This document shows, piece after piece, positions 26,113 through 32,000 of a stretch of DNA of 32,000 nucleotides. The notes beneath the pieces were generated by a model that saw only the letters and a list, made by a program, of their open reading frames with translations, was not told where the DNA came from and made no database searches. Position numbers and translations under genes: made by a program. This DNA is from Candidatus Hermodarchaeota archaeon. Its GTDB lineage: Archaea; Asgardarchaeota; Heimdallarchaeia; Hodarchaeales; Hodarchaeaceae. The stretch spans positions 16,976 to 48,975 of the forward strand of contig JBHLKY010000027.1 in NCBI GenBank assembly GCA_048886185.1. The letters are read 5' to 3'. Within the stretch, counting starts at the first letter, position 1. Each line of letters begins with the position of its first letter.

Positions 26113-26968
26113 AAAACTACTTGATCAATTTCAAGAACATTGGATAGGTGATATAGTACCCAGTACAGTTCGAGAGTATTCTTATGTTCTAGCAAAAGTG
26201 CCAACAGGGAAGAAATTTGTAATAACTAAGAATACAGAGAAATATTTGAAAGCCAATAAGAAGAATCGTATGCTCATGAATGCTTGGAGAAAATTCATTC
26301 GTTTTCTCTATCAAATAGACAAAATAAGCCAGAAAGATTATCATATTCATTTAGCGAATTACTATCCTGAAAAAAGAAGAGGTTATGTAAATACAGAACA
26401 GGCAGGACAAGCTTTCCCTAAAAGTGAATGGACAGAGTTAATCAGAAAAGCCCCTAATCCTTGTGCTAAGATGGGGATTTGGTTAGGCTTACAATTTGGG
26501 ATGAGACTCTCGGAGATATTGAATTTACGTGTTCATGACATTGATTTTGCGAATCAGTGCATCAGAATATTTCATCACAAATCTGATTTAGAAAACGGAG
26601 TCCAAGAATGGAATCCTAAGCATAAACATGATCGTTTGATCGCTTTTAACGAAAAACAAGCTCAGACTCTTAAACGATGGATTGGTGAACGCCCTGACGA
26701 ACTTAGTCATCCATATCTGATTTGGACACCTAGAACCAAAACACAAGTGATTCATAGAACCTTTCAACGATGGTGTAAAGAATCCAATCCCAGATTAAAG
26801 TCTCATGATCTTCGTAGAAGCTTTGCAACAAATCTTTATTACGCTTCAGGGAAAGATCTAGTAGTTGTTCAGAAAGCTCTAGGTCATTCGAATATCTCTA
26901 CGACAAGTCAGTATTTACGTTTGGAGGAGGAGACTTATTTAGACAAGATGCGTAAAGCTCTCGCTTAA
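26105..26968 (+). CDS. Tyrosine recombinase/integrase (XerC/D-like); start may be TTG 26105 (ORF track start is 26075)
   Basis: Catalytic residues present: GMRLSE (R), PKHKH (K), HDLRR (HxxR), LGH, TSQY (Y); GGAGAGG RBS before TTG 26105. Confidence 0.92.
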   Translation: MNKKLLDQFQEHWIGDIVPSTVREYSYVLAKVPTGKKFVITKNTEKYLKANKKNRMLMNAWRKFIRFLYQIDKISQKDYHIHLANYYPEKRRGYVNTEQAGQAFPKSEWTELIRKAPNPCAKMGIWLGLQFGMRLSEILNLRVHDIDFANQCIRIFHHKSDLENGVQEWNPKHKHDRLIAFNEKQAQTLKRWIGERPDELSHPYLIWTPRTKTQVIHRTFQRWCKESNPRLKSHDLRRSFATNLYYASGKDLVVVQKALGHSNISTTSQYLRLEEETYLDKMRKALA

Positions 26969-26980
26969 ACTTTTTTTAAT
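26969..26980 (+). terminator. T7 tract after the recombinase
   Basis: ACTTTTTTTAAT directly after the stop codon. Confidence 0.4.
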
Positions 26981-27152
26981 AATCAAAAATTTGAGAATTA
27001 TTTCTCTTTTTTCTGTTTCCTTTGTCATTTATTCTTCATTATTCGCTTTAAAATCTAGCTTTTTTTATTACTTATAAAACCAATTTGTTTTACAAAGTAT
27101 AATAGCATCTTTTATATTTTAAGTTTTAAGGGGAATTTTAGATTTTAATTGA

Positions 27153-27854
27153 GTGAACAATATGTCTGAATCCGATGAATTATCAATAGCTTTTCAAAAA
27201 GTTAGAAAGTTCGACAATTATCGTTTCTTACGATCGTGGGGATTAACAATAATTGTTTTCGGGATATTTTCCTTGGTTACTGACACTAGATTAGCCCAAA
27301 ATTTTATTCTAAACTTACTAATACCTGAAGCGAATGGTATATCTGATTTTGTCTCACTTTTTTTCAATATCCTTATGATTGTTGTATTATTTGCTGTCAT
27401 TTTACACACTTATCTATCTGTGAAGATCATCTCTGTAGAAAATAGTCGTGTGATAACAGCAAATAATGTTCGTTTAGGTCTTGCCATGATTGTGATGTAT
27501 CTCATAAGTCCTAGAATTTTGACTTTTTTCATTCTTGATTTATGGGCATTTATAATAGCTACTTTTTGTATTCGATTATCGGAGGTTATTGGTGCATTTA
27601 TGGCCTATTTAATTCTAAGAAATTCCATGAAATCACATAATTTCAAAGAAGTTCTTTATTTAACCTTGATTTTCACGTTTTTCATGATGATGGATGCAAT
27701 TCTTATGATTTCAACCTTCTTCTTGATGCCTAATATATTATGGATATTTTTCTTCATTCTCCTCTCATTTGGAATGACAACTTGTTTTGCAATCTGTTAT
27801 ATAATTACAGGGCGATATTCACTGAAAAAGGCACAAATCATTCTACAATTATAG
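27153..27854 (+). CDS. Hypothetical polytopic membrane protein
   Basis: 233-aa ORF with about 6 hydrophobic segments. Confidence 0.75.
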   Translation: MNNMSESDELSIAFQKVRKFDNYRFLRSWGLTIIVFGIFSLVTDTRLAQNFILNLLIPEANGISDFVSLFFNILMIVVLFAVILHTYLSVKIISVENSRVITANNVRLGLAMIVMYLISPRILTFFILDLWAFIIATFCIRLSEVIGAFMAYLILRNSMKSHNFKEVLYLTLIFTFFMMMDAILMISTFFLMPNILWIFFFILLSFGMTTCFAICYIITGRYSLKKAQIILQL

Positions 27855-27873
27855 TAAATTCCAAAGAAAGAGG

Positions 27874-28197
27874 GTGGTTGATGAAATGGATAAAAATAAA
27901 ATGATAATTCCAAGTGATGAGGTATTTACCACTTCAACTCGGTTAACAATCATGTTAATTCTATTCATTTATAAGAAAGTCCTGTTAAATGAATTAAAGA
28001 ACCTTTTAAATTTATCCTCAGGGAATTTAAATCATCATATCCAGAAACTGGTTAAATCTAATTATGTAACAACAAGAAAGACTATTTTTCCTAGTCGCCC
28101 ATTGACTGTTGTTGAAATAACACCTACAGGCGTTAATGATTTTAAAAAATACCTGCAAAAGATGAAAGACATACTTGATCAGATCACTGTTGATTAA
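27874..28197 (+). CDS. Winged-helix (MarR/ArsR-like) transcriptional regulator
   Basis: TRLTIMLIL...NELKNLLNLSSGNLNHHIQKL...ITPTG. Confidence 0.85.
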   Translation: MVDEMDKNKMIIPSDEVFTTSTRLTIMLILFIYKKVLLNELKNLLNLSSGNLNHHIQKLVKSNYVTTRKTIFPSRPLTVVEITPTGVNDFKKYLQKMKDILDQITVD

Positions 28198-28238
28198 TTA
28201 ATCCATATTCCTAAAAATTATGTCTAATTGGTGATAAA

Positions 28239-29138
28239 ATGAATTCAAAACAAAAAAATATGTTTCTAAATGTGCTAACCCTGATAATAGTCTTGTCTCC
28301 ATTTTTAACAATTAAAAGTAGTTGTGATAATGACTACTATAGAAAGAACATTGATGACGGATGTCCTTTTCCTTATGACATTACAAATGCAGCTTCTGTT
28401 TTTTCTTTTTCTTTAAAGGAAATTTTTTACAAGGGAGTGTTTAATTACCCAAATGTAGATATTTCAGCTAATTATACTATTCAAAGTCATAACGATACTG
28501 AACAGACAATAGGAATATTCTTTCCCTTCTCAATGGATGGAAACATAACTATTCATTCTATAATGACAGGAAATCAAAGTTTGGAATTTAATTGGAGAAT
28601 TAATATTACTATTGATGCTTATCATCCAAAATTTTCGGAAAATCTAAAATTGTTACAGCTTGAATTGACCTTTGCCGCTTTTGAAGAGAAAACCATCTAT
28701 CTCAATTATTCATTCCCTTATCATACTTATACGATCCAGACAATCTTTCGAGAACATAGATATTTACATTTCTTTGAACCTGCAAAATTATGGGAGAATC
28801 CTCACCAATCAGTCCATTATGAAATCTGGATTCCAAAAAGCTATCTGAAAAACAATGGGGTACTTGAATACGGTATTTGGAGCCCTAGAGGATGGAAAGA
28901 AATTGAAGTAGAGGAAAATGAAGATTTTTCAATAATAATTTTTGAAAATGAGAATAACCAGGTTGAAGCAAAATATATAGAACCAGGTTATCAGGATACA
29001 ATCGGCGTGAGCCCGGAAATAGGTTTAATAATACTAACATTAGAATTTTTAATTGTTTTTTCACTTTTAGCAGTAGCAATAATAATCTTCTATCGAAAGC
29101 TCAACAACTTACTTTCAGTAGAGAATCTTAAGACATGA
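28239..29138 (+). CDS. Hypothetical extracellular protein with N-terminal signal/TM and C-terminal membrane anchor
   Basis: Hydrophobic N-terminus, beta-rich middle region, C-terminal hydrophobic helix followed by YRK. Confidence 0.7.
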   Translation: MNSKQKNMFLNVLTLIIVLSPFLTIKSSCDNDYYRKNIDDGCPFPYDITNAASVFSFSLKEIFYKGVFNYPNVDISANYTIQSHNDTEQTIGIFFPFSMDGNITIHSIMTGNQSLEFNWRINITIDAYHPKFSENLKLLQLELTFAAFEEKTIYLNYSFPYHTYTIQTIFREHRYLHFFEPAKLWENPHQSVHYEIWIPKSYLKNNGVLEYGIWSPRGWKEIEVEENEDFSIIIFENENNQVEAKYIEPGYQDTIGVSPEIGLIILTLEFLIVFSLLAVAIIIFYRKLNNLLSVENLKT

Positions 29139-29329
29139 TCACCTTAGATCAAATATTTCCTTGAAAAAGTCCAAAAAACTATAAATTTAAAACTGAATAG
29201 GCCCTTATCATATAAAAGTTGGTTTAGTGTCTTTTTATTTGTTTTCAAATGAAAACTCATTACCTTGATAAAAATGGTTTTAAGGTACGTAATAATTTTA
29301 ACATTTGGGATTAAAAGGAATTGGTTTAA

Positions 29330-30085
29330 ATGAATTCAAGAATTAAACCGAATTATTATGTACAAACAAAAAAACAGTGGATGAAAAACCTCTCAAGTAT
29401 AATGGATAATAAGAAAGTGGAACTTGAAGTATTCCAAAAATACATTGATCCATCAAAAATACCTAATCTCAGATTAAAAGTCCGACGAGAATTTGAAAGT
29501 CTTTTAACACAACTACCTGAGCCTGGATCTAAGAAAAAAAGCATTTTCAAGACGGACATGATCAAATTTACAATGTCTTTAGCATTTTATCGTGTCTTAA
29601 AAGAGGAAGGATTCAAATTACATCAAATAGGGCAAATAATCTATGAGACTAGTATAGTGTATTACAGGGCAATGAATCCAATCACTAGGCTATTCATGCG
29701 TTGGTTTTATTTGTATTATCCAAAGCAGCGCATGAAAAAGCAAGTTGAAGAATATAATAAAAAAGCAAATTCCACAGAATCAAAAGTAGAATTTGTTGAT
29801 GGAGATGGAAAAAATCTACTTTTTGGTGTAAACTATATCGAATGTGCAGGAATTAAATTCCTAAAGACTCAAAATGCATTGGAATTAGCTCCTTATCTCT
29901 GTCCATGCGATTATCCTGTGTATCAAGCAATAAATGTGGGTTTTAACCGGACCCAAAATCTTGCACTTGGAGGAAAAATGTGTGATTTCCGATTTTACAA
30001 AAAATTTCCGATCCCTCCTCTGGATTGGCCACTTGTAAATATCAGTGAATATAAAAATTTCTTTGCTGACAAACAAAATAGATGA
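29330..30085 (+). CDS. L-2-amino-thiazoline-4-carboxylate hydrolase-like (ATC hydrolase family) protein
   Basis: C-terminal NYIEC...YLCPCD...RTQNLALGGKMCDFRF pattern. Confidence 0.75.
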   Translation: MNSRIKPNYYVQTKKQWMKNLSSIMDNKKVELEVFQKYIDPSKIPNLRLKVRREFESLLTQLPEPGSKKKSIFKTDMIKFTMSLAFYRVLKEEGFKLHQIGQIIYETSIVYYRAMNPITRLFMRWFYLYYPKQRMKKQVEEYNKKANSTESKVEFVDGDGKNLLFGVNYIECAGIKFLKTQNALELAPYLCPCDYPVYQAINVGFNRTQNLALGGKMCDFRFYKKFPIPPLDWPLVNISEYKNFFADKQNR

Positions 30086-30216
30086 TTTACTGTGAATTCT
30101 GCTTTCATATATAATATAAGGAATTATTCAAGACTTAAGTTAGATTAGGCTAGAATTCAATGTTCAATGTGTGTTTTCGTATTTAATAGATGTGCAATAA
30201 CCAACATTAGAATAGA

Positions 30217-31056
30217 ATGATTATGTTGAAAACTGAGGAAACTATTCTCCAATCTACAATGGTGAGCACTTTATGGGCTAGAGCTGTTTACAGTAAGTTA
30301 TATCCTGAAATTTTAGACGATAAAAAATCTCGTAAGATAATCAAAAGAGTCTATGATGATTATCCGCTTGCAAAAATTAAATTTGAAAACCTCCATGAAG
30401 TCGTTGATGAATTCTTAGGATTAAGTATCATTATCAGAGCGAAAGTATTTGACGATGTTATTAAGAAATTTATTAAGAAATTTCCAAGAGCTTCTGTTGT
30501 TAATCTTGGTTGTGGTTTAGATACTACTTTTTATCGAAATGATAATGGAAGTATAGATTGGTACGACTTAGATCTACCTGAAGCAATTAAATATAGAAAT
30601 ACAGTTATTTCTCCAGCTCAAAGATGTTTCTCCCTTGCAAACTCTATTTTTGATTATTCATGGATGAATAAAATAAATTATGAAAAAGAAAATGGTATCC
30701 TTTTTATTTCTGGAGGATTATTTTATTATTTCGAAGAAAGAAAAGTATCAGAGTTAATTATGAAAATGGCGACTCATTTTAAGGGAGGAGAATTAATATT
30801 TGATAATTTTTCAGGTTTAGGGAATATTATTCTAAATAGAAAATTAAGGAAAACAGGAGTAAAATACAAATTCAGTATGGGAAATCCTAAGAAGCAATTA
30901 GGTAAATGGTCAAATAAAATAATTGTAATAGACTGGTTTCCGTATTATTCGAAGATATCTTATAACCCAAAATGGAAATTTAAAACTCGAGTGATGATGA
31001 AACTAACTAATCTGTTGAATCTAGGAAACTTTATCCATATTGCCTTTAAGAATTAG
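30217..31056 (+). CDS. Class I SAM-dependent methyltransferase (leucine carboxyl methyltransferase/TpmT-like)
   Basis: TLWARA, VVNLGCGLDT, WYDLDLPEAI motifs. Confidence 0.88.
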   Translation: MIMLKTEETILQSTMVSTLWARAVYSKLYPEILDDKKSRKIIKRVYDDYPLAKIKFENLHEVVDEFLGLSIIIRAKVFDDVIKKFIKKFPRASVVNLGCGLDTTFYRNDNGSIDWYDLDLPEAIKYRNTVISPAQRCFSLANSIFDYSWMNKINYEKENGILFISGGLFYYFEERKVSELIMKMATHFKGGELIFDNFSGLGNIILNRKLRKTGVKYKFSMGNPKKQLGKWSNKIIVIDWFPYYSKISYNPKWKFKTRVMMKLTNLLNLGNFIHIAFKN

Positions 31057-31468
31057 TTATTTAGAGTGATCAAAATTAAGAATTTCCTAATTTTTTGATT
31101 TGAAATTTATGGTAAGCTGGCTTTAACAATTATAATCGGTGTTTGAAGACATAAATTGGTAAACAATAACAAAACATAAACAGATGTTCTAAGAACTGAA
31201 AATACCTTCACAGGCATTAGAAGATGTTATTCATTATTTCAACTTTGTTGGCAAAACTAAATCAATCAAAAAATATTCAGTTGAGGACATAAAGAAACTG
31301 GACACCTTTTCAATTTTGTTCTTTAAAACTTCTGTATGAATTTACCTGAAATCAATGGAATAATTAAGGATTATTTTTGAAATTTTTTACTAAGAGATCG
31401 AAAAATTATAAATAAAAGCTTGAATGCGAAAGAAAAACACCCATTGAATACCATAAGAGGTGAAAAGG

Positions 31469-32000
31469 ATGGAATTGACCACTGCGGAAAAACAATTTTT
31501 AATGCTTCTAAGAGGCGTTGAACGACAGCCTAAGGATATTGAAACTGGAGAAAAAGTAGATGCTAACATTGAGACCTTGAAAAAGAGAGGAAAATTCTAT
31601 TTTAGCGAAAAATTAGACTCAATGATATTTAATGAAGAGACCATTTTAAAACTGTTAGATAATAAATTAGTAGAACAACAAGAAACAATTTTCAAGTTAA
31701 CAAATGAGGGGAAAGGTCTGGCAAAAAAGGCTCGAAAGAACCTCCTTAACAAAAATAACAATGATATCTACAAAATATTAAACTCAAGCAAGACTTTAGC
31801 AACCATCACGAAACAGGTTTATGGTAAAGATCTTGGGCAAAATAACATGATGACCATGCCTGAACTTAATATATTACTTGAGGTTTTAAAGATCACTCCT
31901 GAAGATTCTGTAATTGATCTTGGTTGTGGCACTGGAAAAATTACTGAATATATATCTGATGTAACTCAAGCTCAGGTTATTGGTATTGATATTGCTAGTG
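31469..32000 (+). CDS. Class I SAM-dependent methyltransferase with N-terminal wHTH-like extension, truncated by window end (absent from the ORF track)
   Basis: Open frame from ATG 31469 (GAGGTGA RBS) to the window end, translated by hand: MELTTAEKQFL...VIDLGCGTGKITEYISD...IGIDIAS. Confidence 0.88.
   Translation, partial: MELTTAEKQFLMLLRGVERQPKDIETGEKVDANIETLKKRGKFYFSEKLDSMIFNEETILKLLDNKLVEQQETIFKLTNEGKGLAKKARKNLLNKNNNDIYKILNSSKTLATITKQVYGKDLGQNNMMTMPELNILLEVLKITPEDSVIDLGCGTGKITEYISDVTQAQVIGIDIAS

Noticed and set aside
28300-28330. Possible lipobox (IKSSC) in the 299-aa exported protein
   Set aside because: Poor match to L-[AS]-[GA]-C, and the protein already has a C-terminal TM anchor
26075-32000. 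Integron hypothesis (integrase followed by co-oriented cassette-like genes)
   Set aside because: The recombinase lacks the IntI-specific insertion before HxxR, and no attC-like RYYYAAC...GTTRRRY hairpins were found in the intergenic regions; the downstream genes have their own promoter-sized spacers
1-32000. CRISPR arrays, tRNA/rRNA genes, IS transposases, selenocysteine/pyrrolysine readthrough
   Set aside because: No regularly spaced repeats, cloverleafs or transposase ORFs were seen, and recognisable genes end at family-typical positions with no in-frame continuation

Overview
AT-rich, gene-dense prokaryotic window, most likely archaeal. This is inferred from TATA-like boxes, GGTGA/GAGG ribosome-binding motifs, T-tract terminators, a W-type aldehyde:ferredoxin oxidoreductase and a stand-alone ADP-forming acyl-CoA synthetase alpha subunit. 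The membrane/winged-helix/zinc-finger proteins suggest Asgard archaea, but this is unverified. Left part: ubiE/menG 3' end, a wHTH regulator divergent from a GNAT-like gene, three tandem aldo/keto reductases and a VOC gene, then an MFS transporter, thpR and a bacterial-type PlsC acyltransferase. Middle: a minus-strand cluster (AOR, SCP2 protein, class II aldolase, YoaC-like FGGY kinase, YoaD-like 2-hydroxyacid dehydrogenase), an M20 peptidase, a Nudix hydrolase and acdA. Next come a 915-aa polytopic membrane protein with tandem winged-helix-like repeats and two duplicated C4C4 RING-like + zinc-ribbon modules (the most unusual feature), a zinc-ribbon membrane protein and a DEAD-box helicase with a hairpin-forming leader. 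Right part: a TetR gene with a duplicated 27-bp palindromic operator, an MBL hydrolase, a two-gene RHH-like protein + intact tyrosine recombinase unit, and co-oriented accessory genes ending in a truncated methyltransferase that the ORF track misses. No rRNA, tRNA, CRISPR array or transposase was recognised. All family assignments come from motif recognition by eye and were not database-checked.
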